DNA of 64,000 bases from a virus. The stretch is from positions 8,314-72,313 of IMG/VR virus record IMGVR_UViG_3300032267_001204. One strand, 5' to 3'. Under the pieces are notes generated by a model. It searched no databases. It saw nothing but the letters and a program-made list of their open reading frames with translations, and had not been told where the DNA came from. A program made the position numbers and the translations under genes. Below are positions 25,209 through 35,700 of the stretch, one piece after another (within the stretch, counting starts at the first letter, position 1; the number at the start of each line of letters is the position of its first letter).

Positions 25209-25519
25209 GCATCATGGACATCATGGAAGACATCAAACAGAACGTCGATTCGCTGCTCATAGACCGGCAGACGCGAAGGGTTCTGGTGATGCACGACCTA
25301 TCACGCAAAGAGCCGAGCTACGAGCGCGGCTGTTCTGGCAAGGCGAATCTCGGACGTAGCTACGTCCGGCAAGCAGATCGAATCAGTCGCAAACGCCGTA
25401 AACACTACGGCGTCTACCGCTGTCCGCATTGCGGCGGCACTCACCTGACAACCAAACTGGAGAATCGGGGGCAATACGCGCCGCTTCTCTACATCACAAC
25501 AACGAAAGGAACCAAATGA
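25205..25519 (+). CDS. Zn-finger-like protein
   Basis: CSGK...YRCPHCGGTHLT. Confidence 0.6.
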   Translation: MSIMDIMEDIKQNVDSLLIDRQTRRVLVMHDLSRKEPSYERGCSGKANLGRSYVRQADRISRKRRKHYGVYRCPHCGGTHLTTKLENRGQYAPLLYITTTKGTK

Positions 25520-25737
25520 AAAAACACCTCATTCACCTAAAAGATCACGGCAACACCAAGTTTGCCGTCGCAGAAATCGAAGCTGACATACGTCCGGGCA
25601 ACGACCTTGAACTATTCGAGGCGGTGCAAGACGCCGGAGGCGCGTATGTCACCGAGTTCCAAGGCTACACCTACACCTTGGACGCGCCCGCTTGGGTTCC
25701 CGCCGAGGAATTCGAGCACAATTGGCTCGGCGACTAA
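25516..25737 (+). CDS. Hypothetical protein
   Basis: AAGGA RBS; ATGA overlap. Confidence 0.55.
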   Translation: MKKHLIHLKDHGNTKFAVAEIEADIRPGNDLELFEAVQDAGGAYVTEFQGYTYTLDAPAWVPAEEFEHNWLGD

Positions 25738-25764
25738 CAACCAACCAGAAAGGAAACCAAAACC

Positions 25765-26067
25765 ATGATTGAAATTAACCGAACTACAACTCACACAACA
25801 ATGAATACAAACATACCAGATGGAGACTACGTCCTCGAAGAAGGCGGCGCATGGCTTGAAGTCAAAGGCTTCGCCATCCGCATACATGCTACCGACGAAG
25901 GAGTAGCCGTAGACATCTACCCCAACAAGGCCGAGCACCACGACGCAATCGCATCGTGCTATGCCTTCGACAACGATGACGCACTTGAGGACGCATACCG
26001 CGAAGCACTAAGCGCCCTTGGCTGGCTGCTTTGCGAGGCGGATCAAGAGGACAACGCCGGGTATTGA
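25765..26067 (+). CDS. Hypothetical acidic protein
   Basis: TDEGVAVDIY motif. Confidence 0.6.
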   Translation: MIEINRTTTHTTMNTNIPDGDYVLEEGGAWLEVKGFAIRIHATDEGVAVDIYPNKAEHHDAIASCYAFDNDDALEDAYREALSALGWLLCEADQEDNAGY

Positions 26068-26104
26068 TTGAACGCGTAATAACCTTGCATAGTCTTAACC
26101 TTTA

Positions 26105-26416
26105 ATGGAGAAACAACCCATGAAATATCGAGAACACACCACGCCCATGCTGGCCCCCGAGAGCTATATCCACCTCTGGAAAGCAGCATCCAAACCCAAA
26201 GCGGAACCCAAAGTCTACGTCTGCCGTGACCTGTGGCGCCGCCTCACTACTGCCCTGCTGACCGGAGCCAAGCTCCTGATGCTTGCAGCATGTAGCCCGA
26301 AGCCTGAACCCCTCGCCCTCGATCCTCTGGATCTGGTTTGGGTTCAGCCCGAATCGGCCCGCGAGGAGCGGGCCAAGACCCTTCCCAGAGTGGAAGGGAA
26401 TCCGTTTAACCTCTAA
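26105..26416 (+). CDS. Hypothetical protein
   Basis: ORF in operon orientation; start uncertain. Confidence 0.45.
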   Translation: MEKQPMKYREHTTPMLAPESYIHLWKAASKPKAEPKVYVCRDLWRRLTTALLTGAKLLMLAACSPKPEPLALDPLDLVWVQPESAREERAKTLPRVEGNPFNL

Positions 26417-26431
26417 CCCACTAATACTGAT

Positions 26432-26677
26432 ATGTTTCCAATCGAACAAACCAAACCCCCTCGGGAGACTGTGATCCGAGTCAGAACCGAGAACTTCATC
26501 AACAAAGCTGCCTGCAAGAAGTTCCTCATGGACTACGCGAAGGGCAACCGATACCACCCGTTTACCCGTTTTGACGCAGGTATTTACGACGAACTCAACG
26601 GCCTCTTGCGCCGGTATATGCAGGGCATCGTGAAGCGCCAGCCGAGTAGCGGCCGAACCCTGAGATCGAACCGCTGA
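26432..26677 (+). CDS. Hypothetical basic protein
   Basis: 81-aa ORF in operon orientation. Confidence 0.55.
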   Translation: MFPIEQTKPPRETVIRVRTENFINKAACKKFLMDYAKGNRYHPFTRFDAGIYDELNGLLRRYMQGIVKRQPSSGRTLRSNR

Positions 26678-26767
26678 TCAGATTAGGGATTGCGGCGGAG
26701 TGTTCTTCTCTGGTCATTATCATCCCCTGTCCAGTAACCGCATAAAAGCTGGACACTTTTCATAACC

Positions 26768-27157
26768 GTGCTACCTTCCCACCTCATGCAAGTGACGGCA
26801 ACCGAGCGCACCTTCGGCCTGAAGGTCAGGGTCAAAGTAGGGGGCGACGAATCCTCGGCATGGCGGTCGGCGACTAAGTTCACCGACACCTTAGCTACCG
26901 AGGAGGAAAGTGGCGACGCAGCGGGCTGGGCCCTCCACAGCGCTGACCGAGCCTTCATTTGGCTTGAGTCATGGCCCGAGTCGCGGCGCAAAGGGAACAG
27001 CAAGAGCCTGACCCACGAGTGCGTCCATGTCGCCATGAGCTTCCTGCGGGACCATGTCCGCGAAGACATCCGCAAAGCCGAAGAGACATGCTGCTACCTC
27101 GTGCAGCACTTGGTCGATGAAATCGAACACAAACTCAACCAGCGAAAAAAACAATGA
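26768..27157 (+). CDS. Small HExxH protein
   Basis: LTHECVH...EETCCYL zincin-like motif. Confidence 0.6.
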   Translation: MLPSHLMQVTATERTFGLKVRVKVGGDESSAWRSATKFTDTLATEEESGDAAGWALHSADRAFIWLESWPESRRKGNSKSLTHECVHVAMSFLRDHVREDIRKAEETCCYLVQHLVDEIEHKLNQRKKQ

Positions 27158-27423
27158 ACAAAGAAACATTATGGGGGCTTCTGATCCAGAACAACCCCCG
27201 CCTTACCGCCGATCCTCATCTGACACCCGAGAGCGCACGGCGCTTTTTCGACATGGTTTGGAACACGGCCTACGGAGCCGGATGCAAGGACATGATCGAT
27301 CGCCAGCATGAGATTGCGGAGAACAGCGACGAACCCGCGCAACAGGATTTTATTAAGTTCCTTGCGGACGCCCTTGAACGACTTACCGATGAAAGCCCGA
27401 CTCCGAAAAAAAAGAAACACTGA
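27154..27423 (+). CDS. Hypothetical protein
   Basis: ATGA overlap. Confidence 0.55.
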   Translation: MNKETLWGLLIQNNPRLTADPHLTPESARRFFDMVWNTAYGAGCKDMIDRQHEIAENSDEPAQQDFIKFLADALERLTDESPTPKKKKH

Positions 27424-27616
27424 CCCTGCTCAGAGCGACGGCGAAGTCGCGTGGCGGCGGCGTTACATCGAGCTGTATGACCAGCAGTGCAACGCCTACG
27501 ACGCGCACCGCTTGTGCCTTGAGGCTATCGACGCGAATGATCCTGAACGCGCTACCGAGCTACTCGAAGGGCTAGTCGCCGCTCACCAAGAAGAGGTTCG
27601 TCAATTGGTCAAATGA
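27389..27616 (+). CDS. Hypothetical protein
   Basis: Helical ORF; start uncertain. Confidence 0.4.
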   Translation: MKARLRKKRNTDPAQSDGEVAWRRRYIELYDQQCNAYDAHRLCLEAIDANDPERATELLEGLVAAHQEEVRQLVK

Positions 27617-27638
27617 AACGCACTAGATAAGTTGTTAC

Positions 27639-27905
27639 ATGGCTACTTATAAAGGCAAACAGGTCTCGCTGTATAAGCCCCGTAAAATGGAGGGGATTAC
27701 TCCGGCTGGTAAAAAGAAATCCGTCTTCGTCCCTGGAAAAAAAGCGGGAACGGCAAAAGTCGTTCACTTCGGGGACTCCTCGATGTCGGACTACACGCAG
27801 CACCGAGACAAGAAGCGCCGCGCCAATTTTCATTCGCGGCACAATTGCGCCGACAAAAAGGACAAGACCAAGGCGGGGTATTGGGCCTGTAAGAATCTAT
27901 GGTGA
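27639..27905 (+). CDS. Small basic protein (DUF5754-like)
   Basis: VHFGDSSMSDYTQHRDKKRRANFHSRH...YWACKNLW. Confidence 0.65.
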   Translation: MATYKGKQVSLYKPRKMEGITPAGKKKSVFVPGKKAGTAKVVHFGDSSMSDYTQHRDKKRRANFHSRHNCADKKDKTKAGYWACKNLW

Positions 27906-28081
27906 ATTACCCCGATTGGATTTGCTCGGACTGCGGACGCAAGCACGGCAAGAGGCCCGAGGGGAATCCCTACGGAGCAACGTATCACCAAGACACCTGC
28001 GGCGTTTGCGGCGAAACCAAAGAAGTCACCGAACCCCGGGACTATGGACATTTGAAGCATGACTGGCAAACAGCCAACTAG
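27899..28081 (+). CDS. Zn-ribbon protein
   Basis: CSDCG...CGVCG...VTEPRDYGH. Confidence 0.6.
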   Translation: MVNYPDWICSDCGRKHGKRPEGNPYGATYHQDTCGVCGETKEVTEPRDYGHLKHDWQTAN

Positions 28082-28586
28082 ACACTACCGGATCAAGGCC
28101 GATTGGTCCGCCATGCGCCTCGCTTATCTTCAAGGCGAGACGTTCCGCGCTATCTCCGCCACCTACGGAGTCAAAGAGAACACTGTCCGAAGCCGCGCTT
28201 CCCGCGAGAAATGGCACGTTCCTCCGGCGCGGGTGATGACGACACCCGAGGACAACGCCCTGTCCCTCCAACGCGCCCACGAACTGTGGCAACAGCGCAA
28301 AGAGCGGGTCAAGGAAAGCGAATACAAGATCGCCGAGCGCATCTTGGCCCACGCCGAGACGATGCCAGAGGATCAACTCATCAACAAGGCGGACAAGATC
28401 AAGATCGGGGTCGATATTGGCCGGCGATCCGTCGGCATGGACGTCGAACAGAAGGACGTCAACGCGGTGAACATCGCCATTCTGGGAGACGTAGACGCCG
28501 AGTCTCTCAAGGCCATGAGCTACGACGCTCCGGCGGGACCGATGGCTCTCCCAGATGTTCCCGAGAACCCAGACCAAGAACCATGA
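28059..28586 (+). CDS. Putative terminase small subunit (N-terminal HTH)
   Basis: DWSAMRLAYLQGETFRAISATYGVKENTVRSRASREKW followed by a helical oligomerisation-like region. Confidence 0.6.
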   Translation: MTGKQPTRHYRIKADWSAMRLAYLQGETFRAISATYGVKENTVRSRASREKWHVPPARVMTTPEDNALSLQRAHELWQQRKERVKESEYKIAERILAHAETMPEDQLINKADKIKIGVDIGRRSVGMDVEQKDVNAVNIAILGDVDAESLKAMSYDAPAGPMALPDVPENPDQEP

Positions 28587-28735
28587 AGCTCGTTCCGCTG
28601 CTGATTACGACCGTCTGCTATTTGCTCACGGCCTGGGGATTTTACAAGGACGCCCAGATGGGCCTCTGTTGGGCCTTCCTCGGATATTCAATCGCAAATC
28701 TGGGATTTATCTACATCTGCATCTGCAGCCCTTAA
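28583..28735 (+). CDS. Small two-TM membrane protein
   Basis: MKLVPLLITTVCYLLTAWG...FLGYSIANLG. Confidence 0.6.
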   Translation: MKLVPLLITTVCYLLTAWGFYKDAQMGLCWAFLGYSIANLGFIYICICSP

Positions 28736-28740
28736 ACTTT

Positions 28741-29064
28741 ATGTCTGAAAACAACACCGAAACCACTGAAATCGCCAGCATCCAGAAGACGCAATACATT
28801 ACGTCGCATCTGATGACGCTGGTGGGAAACTACCTCGCCAATAAAGACCGCTCCGAGTTCACCGAGTCTGAGCATCTGTTGGCTTCCCTGTTCTCGCAGC
28901 AAGCGATCCTGCTTATGGCCGTCAACGCGGTCCCGCACGATGTCCGCCAGACTCTGGGAGACGCCATCGACGCAGAAGTCGTGAAGCTCGGCGGAGTTCC
29001 CGAGGAGCCCCAGCCGAAGGAAGCGCCGTCGAATCTAATCGTCCCAGACCGATTCGAGTCGTGA
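28741..29064 (+). CDS. Hypothetical protein
   Basis: Last + strand gene before the convergence point. Confidence 0.6.
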   Translation: MSENNTETTEIASIQKTQYITSHLMTLVGNYLANKDRSEFTESEHLLASLFSQQAILLMAVNAVPHDVRQTLGDAIDAEVVKLGGVPEEPQPKEAPSNLIVPDRFES

Positions 29065-29085
29065 GCGAGGGCTTCTCTGCGCTGC

Positions 29086-29751
29086 TTATCCTTCTTGGGA
29101 CGCTGGCGTTTCTGGCTGCTGTTGCGAGCTATCAGAAGTATTGAGCCAGCACCAAGAAGGAAAGCGGTAACCCTCGCTGGCCTTCTCGGCCACGTCTTGG
29201 GGCAGCCACACCTTTGCCTTGAGGTTGCAACCGCAGACGCCGCAGTTGGCAAGGCTGGCGTTTCGGACTGTCTCTCGCGCTCCGATGATCGAGTAGACAA
29301 CTGAGGCCAGATTGGAGCACGCGTAGCATCCGGTCATTCCTACGTTCAAGGGGCACGCGGCGCAAGTGGCTGCCCGCCGGTCAGCCGTCTCCTGATCGAC
29401 GAGACCCTTTCCTCCCAGAGCGGAAGCCGTCGCTTTCAGGAAGCGCATGACATCATCAAAGTTGAAATCCTTCTTCAGGCCAGTGTCGGAGTTTCGAATT
29501 TCGGCTGCTTCAAGTACTTCGGCGTCGGTCATTATCGGCGCACAAAGCCCTGGACCGGTCGCCGCGCAGGTGAAGTTGACGACGTCTTGCCGGGGTCGGC
29601 CCTCTGGGAGGCCGTTCGATTCCCGGTGCTCCCTCACTTGTCGGGCGACGTCATCGAGGATCGGCCCTCTGAACTTGCAGTCGGTTTCCGGCTGGAGGTA
29701 GCGCCAGTCGGCGGCAAGCGATTTGTCGAGCCATTCGTAGTCTCTGGTCAT
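29086..29751 (-). CDS. Cys-rich putative metal-binding protein
   Basis: CAACPLN, CYAC, CGVCGC and WCW. Coupled by ATGA to the giant gene. Confidence 0.7.
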   Translation of the reverse strand: MTRDYEWLDKSLAADWRYLQPETDCKFRGPILDDVARQVREHRESNGLPEGRPRQDVVNFTCAATGPGLCAPIMTDAEVLEAAEIRNSDTGLKKDFNFDDVMRFLKATASALGGKGLVDQETADRRAATCAACPLNVGMTGCYACSNLASVVYSIIGARETVRNASLANCGVCGCNLKAKVWLPQDVAEKASEGYRFPSWCWLNTSDSSQQQPETPASQEG

Positions 29752-32700
29752 AAATCTCGCTCCTGTGCTTGCCCGGCGGCCTGTTGTGCCTCTCGCGCCC
29801 GCTCTGGAGCGGCGTTCTTGAGTGACTCTTTGCTTGGCTGGAAGGGCCGGTAAATGCCGGAGGCGATGTCTTCGAGGTCGTCTTTGCCAATGCCGGTGGC
29901 TCGAAGGCGACTAATCGCCGCCGGTTCGGGGAGCCCCAGGCGCCGGGCCGCCATGTATTGACGACGCGCTTCTTGCGTAAGACGGTATTGGGCTTGGTCC
30001 GTCAGGTCGAAGGAGCCGGCCACGGCGCCAGGAGGCTGAGTACCCCGGGAGAGAAGAACGCGGTTAAAAAGAGAGGTGGCGTCGCGCTTGTTCCGGAGAA
30101 ACTCTGAAGCACCGAAGCCTAAAGCTTGATCCAGATCCACTTGGCGGATGCGCGTTCCGGTTACGATGGCACCGATTTCTTGCGCCGCGCTAAACTGCTG
30201 CCCCGAATCGGAGACAATTCCGGCAACACCGAGGCTGCCTCGGTAAATTGTTTTTGCGGTGCCCGGCACGAACGCGCCAGCCAAGTGGGCGCCAACGGCT
30301 TGGGCAATATTCGTTCCAGAATCTTGCGGATTGTAGATCCGTCGGCCGCCAGCATCGACGTTGCGGAGGACGCTGGTCACCGCGCCGAAGACAATCTGTT
30401 CGCCGACGAACGGCTTCATCAATTCGCCGACCATCGCCACTCCGCCATCAGCAATGGCTTCCGGCATACTCTCAGCGCGACCAAAAGCGCGCATCATCGC
30501 GACGAAAGGTTTTTTGAAATATTCATGCCCGTCGAAAAACGAGATGTCGGCGTAGCTGATGGTATTCCCCGTGCGCCCAAACAAGAGTAGCTGGTTATTT
30601 TTCTGCCAGTCTGGAAGGAACTCACGGAGGTCTTCTTCGTCTTCGGGGGTCATTCCGGCCATCGCGGCAATTCCGCCAGCCGCGACAGCAGGCACGGTCA
30701 TTGCCAAACCGAATCCTCCGATCCGCCGATAACCGAGGCTCCGCAGCTCTGGGTTGCCTGACTTAATTTCGCTGGCCGCCAACCTGAGCGTATTGATCGC
30801 TGTGCGAACAACTTCGGTGGTGAAAGTAATAAAGGGGGCGACGACTAAGCCAGGTCCCCGCTTGAGTTCCTGCACCCACTGCGGGGCTTCGGAGTAGGTC
30901 CAATAGATGTCCCGGGAGATCTCGGCAGCTTTCTCATCGAGTTCCGCTTCGGACATTTTCGGATATGCCCGGCGATAGTTTTCCCGCTCGGTGTAGAAAA
31001 CAATGGCCCGCATAATATTGTCCGACATCGCGTAAGTCCCCTGGGCGAAGTCCCAGAGCTTACGGAACGGCTGCGTAATCTTGCGGGTTACTGCGTCTCC
31101 GGCTTGCACACGGGCGCCGCCCAGTTCGCGGTAGTCCTGCACGAGGTCGTCGATCATGTTGGCGGTCACCGATTCGCCGAACACGCGGAGGCGGATGAGC
31201 TTTTCGATTTCTTGCCGGGCTTTCTCGTACGCTTTGGGCCCAGAGCCGTAATTCTTGAACGCTTCTTGGATCGCTGTCTGGTGCGCCAGCCCGATGGCTT
31301 TGCCCGAAAACGATCCGGGCATCAACGCGCCGGTTGAAAGAAGTTTGAGGTATCCGGACAAGTAGTTGCGTGTTTGTGCGGCTGCCGAGCCGACAGTCGC
31401 CATCGCCATCGAGAGGCCCGTAGCTTTGGCAAAAAGCCGCGCCGCGTTTTCCGCGTCGCTCTGCGGATACATTTTGTAAAGGGCCTCGACGATGTCGCGG
31501 TTGCCCCAGACTCCGGCCAGCGGAGAGAGGCGGGCATTGGTCTCGTCCGAGATTTTGACGAATCCAGTCGGGGCTTCCCAATCGGCGAAAGCGTCCCGGA
31601 AAGCAGTCTCTGCGGCGTCTCGGTCGGTAGTGCGGAGTATCTCCTCAAAGTTTGCGCCGCGCACAACAAACTCGCCGGTATCTTCGTCCCGGCGCATTTC
31701 TGGCTGCGCCGAGAACCATCCTTCCGACAGGCCGAGTTCGCGCAGCTCGCGCAGGAATCGGTGGTTATAGATAAGCGTGGACATCTTGAGGATCGTCTTT
31801 CCGTAGGCCGTTTCCGGATTGTCGTAGACGCCCCAGAGCGCTTGAATTTCGGGAGCGATCGTCCCCCGGCTCATAAAGATCGACAGATTTTTCTGCCCCA
31901 TGACTCGTCCGGAAAGCGCTTCGAGCGTCGGGTCTTTCACGGACAACGCTGCTTCAAGGGCGGTTTCTACGTCGGCGGCGGCCACAGATCGGGTGGCCTG
32001 GCGCTGGGCTTCGGCCTCAGAGATGGTTGTCCCAGATTTGGTAGCGGTGTTCAGGATACGTTCCTTAGCCTTCTCGATAAGCTGCTTCTTTAGAAAGCCA
32101 CGGGCGCCGGCCATGACCTTCAGATTCTTCCTCACGCGGTCAGCCCATTTGGGGTTGTCAAAGATGGCGTAGCTTCGGTTGAGGTAGATACCCAGCGTCT
32201 CGTCGATGGCGATTTCCAAGTCTCCGGAAACGAGCCCTTCGGATTTAAGCCGGCGCTGAAGCACGTTGATATGATCTCGCATCTGTGTCACGAGAACGCG
32301 CACATCCCGGGGAAGCGACTTCAAAGCCGCTGTCTGGCGCTCGCGGAACTTCATCCGATTCTCCCGCCGATAGCGGTCTTTCAGCTCGGCGGCTGCTTCG
32401 GGATCAGTAAGGCGAACTCGCGTCATCTCCGCCATCTGTGCTTCGGTGAAGGGGTTGTCTAGATTACCCAGAGCCGTGGTGATCTTGCGCGGGTCGATGT
32501 TGCGGTCACGAACAGCGCGGACGAGGAGCCGGATGTTGGCGTCGGCCCGGCTGGCTTCGGCTTTGATGCCAGCTCGCGAGCTTTGGAACTTGTCGGTGCC
32601 GCGAGCGTCCATGAGGCGATCAACGGCAGAGATAAACTTGCCTTTGACGTAAGTGCCGCCGGTCGGGGTCTTGCTGACCTCGTCCCGGAATATCCGCTCG

Positions 32701-35700
32701 AACTTCCCACCGAGGGAGTCGCTATACCGAATACTCGGGATCTCGTTTAGCTCTTGTTCCGTCATCGAGTCCGGGTCTCGCTTGACTGTTACTTCTGGTG
32801 CGGGCGCACGCTTTCGCATCCGCTTTTCAACGGCGGCTTGGTTTTTCTCGTTGAACAAATCCCAGTAAACCCCCGAGTCCATTTGCCCACCGCTCGGCGG
32901 CCGGAAGTTGTCACCCTTCGTCTCCCCGTCGATAACGACGGGTTCCGCACGACTGGTCTTTTGGGCCCAAGCAACGAATTCACTACGGCTCATGGCCTGA
33001 ACCGCTTTATCGATCTCTGGGTCTGTTTTGCGCGTAGGTTTTGGCGCCGGTGTTCCCTTGGGCTCTGGGACGACTTTAAGTCGAGGCGACTCTCCCGTTG
33101 TGTCTGCGTCTGTTGTGTCTGCATCGCTAACCTCGGGGGCAGCTTCTGGATCGGGGTCGGGGGCAGGTGCTTTTTTCTTTTTCTTCGGCGGCTCTTTTGG
33201 CGGCTCTGGGTCCGGCTCGGGTTTTGGCTCAACCGGCGGCGGCTCGGGTTTGGGCTCGACAGGCTTGGCCGGTTCAGCCGGTTGCCGCGCTTTGGCGGCG
33301 GCCAACTCCGAATAAAGCAGATTCAGTTCAGCTTCGATGTCGGCCATCGGAGTGAATGTGTTTCTTCCCAGCTTCTGGGCCGCTTCTCTGACACGAGGGT
33401 CTTCGGGCTTATTCGTATTCCGCCGCCGCTGTGTTTTGAAGGCGTGTAGGTCAGCAAGAGGTCCTTCTAGGATTCCTTTCAGTGCGCGGAGATCCGACTC
33501 TTTCTTTGAGATATCCTGCTGGATTTCATCGACCGACCTACCCGCTTCGGCGGCTTCGGCTTCGGACGCTTGCTCCAGAAGAATTACTTCTGTGCCCCGG
33601 GGCAAAACGTTGACTCCGGCCACCCCGCTGGTTGGGGCGAAGCCCTGGCGATAGCGGAGCACTCGGCCGCTGGGGAGCCTGATTTCTCTTCGAGCTTCGG
33701 CTTGAGCCTGTTGAGCTTGTTGGCGTCGGGCTTCACGGACAGCCGGCCATTCGGCGGCCAAGCGATTGCGGTCTTCGGAAGTGCCCGCCAAGTCCTGCGC
33801 TTCGAGCTGCTCCTCGATGTATTGCGCCTGGGCCACCGCTGCTTCCATTTCGTCGATCATCCGACTGCGGATCAACTCTGGGGCTGCGTCGCCTTCCACG
33901 CTGGAGAAGTTCAGGCGCCATGAATCACTGAAGCCTTCAGCAAGAGGCGAGGAGCTATCGACTTGAACCCCGGTGATGAGGGCCACGATGGAGTTCCAGA
34001 CATCTTTGAGCGCCGCGACGAAGTCTCCTTTGAACGTCCCCTTCCCGAATCCCAAAGTGGCAAGCTGCTTGGCGACCTCTGGATTGTGGGTCACCTCTAC
34101 CACGAATTCTTCGAGACTGGTCAGCGAGATGAGTGCCTGGTTGGATTCGGAGGCGGCGATTTCCTGAAGCTGATCGGAGATGATTTTGACTTCTGCATCG
34201 GTCGGTTTTGCCGGGACGTCGAGGCCCCGGGAGCGGCCAGCCGCGATGATCGACTGCCGCCGGAATCCTTCCAGTCGCTGAATGGCGGCGCGCTCGGCGG
34301 AGTTCAGTTCAACTAGGCCGTTGAGTTTGGAATTTACGACAACGTGGGAAAGCTCGTGGAGAAGCGTGTCGATTGCGCCGCCTTCGCGGTTGTCGTGGAC
34401 CGCGTTGGTGTTGAGATAAATCGAGTAGGCGCCGTCGCTTTCAGCGGCGCGGCCAGACCAAGTGACGGCATTCGACTTGATGATGTCGTCTTCGACTTCG
34501 CTTTGAGCTGCGGCGATCTGGGCATCCGCTTTGTCCGGGTCGGCGTCAAGCGTGATCTCCTTTTTCTTGCTTCCCAGAGTGAGGGTGATCTTGCCGTCTT
34601 TGACTTTGACCCGGCGGTCAATCTCTTCCTCGGTGAGCGGCTGGCTGTTGAAGTTGCGGCCAAAGCCTGCGATCTGGAGGGAGACGTTATCGTTCCACCC
34701 CAAACGCGGCCCCAGTTTAACAAATGCGGCGGCGATACTGCGGGCCTTGAGGCTCTGGCTCTGGTCGTTGGCGACAGTCTTGAGGAAAGTCTCAATGTCT
34801 TTGAACGCGCCCGATTGGATGAGCTTCCGGATGTTTTCGCGTTTGATCTTGAGCTTGGCGGCGTTGGATCCTCGGCGGCGAGCCGCTTGTGTCGCAGCCA
34901 TGCCGGCGAGAAGCTCCGTGGCGCTTTTGGTCAGCAGCAGGTCCGCGAACGGCTGCGACGTCTGACCTATCACATTGCCGCCCGCCGCCAGCGTCGATTC
35001 CGTGGCGCGGCCTTCGGTCTCGATCGCCGTGACGATGCGGTTGATTTGCTCGTCGGTATAACCTTCGAGGTCTTTGCTGGTTAAGCCAGACCAGGAGGCG
35101 ACGTAGGCTCGGGCTGCTCTGGGAGCGACTGTTCGGACGGTGCGGTTGAGAAGACGAGTTCGTGGGCGAGATCCTCGAACCGATTGAGCGGCGCCACTTG
35201 AAACGCTTCCGGATCGGTCAGCATCAGGTCCGCCAGGGCTCCGTAATCCCCTTTCGCCAGTCGGATCAGGATCGGGCCCCCCAAGCGATTGGCTAACTCG
35301 CGGTGCTCCTCCTGCGACAGCACCATCGCCAGCAGCCGACAAGCCACGTCCGGAAATGCGGCCTGCATTTCCGCCACGCTTGGCCCATTCGAGGATTTCT
35401 CGGTTTTCTTTTTGTTGGAGGAGTCGCTCGGCTGTTGCACTGGGCTTCCAGTCAGCGGCTTTCTTTCCGATGAGGTTGTTTTCTGGTATTCCATAGAGTG
35501 TATTGTAGCTGACGTCGCCTTGGATGTAGCGGATAATTTCTTGCAGTCGTGGGTCTAAGTTAGAGAAGTCAACGCGCCCCGTCGCGGTTACGAGTTCTTC
35601 GAGGCGAGCAATTTTGCCCGGGTCTTTGTACCAATAGCGATCCTGGGACGGGTCCCATTCCAGCCCGAAAGTTCCAAGAAAAAGCTTTTGATCTTCAGTG

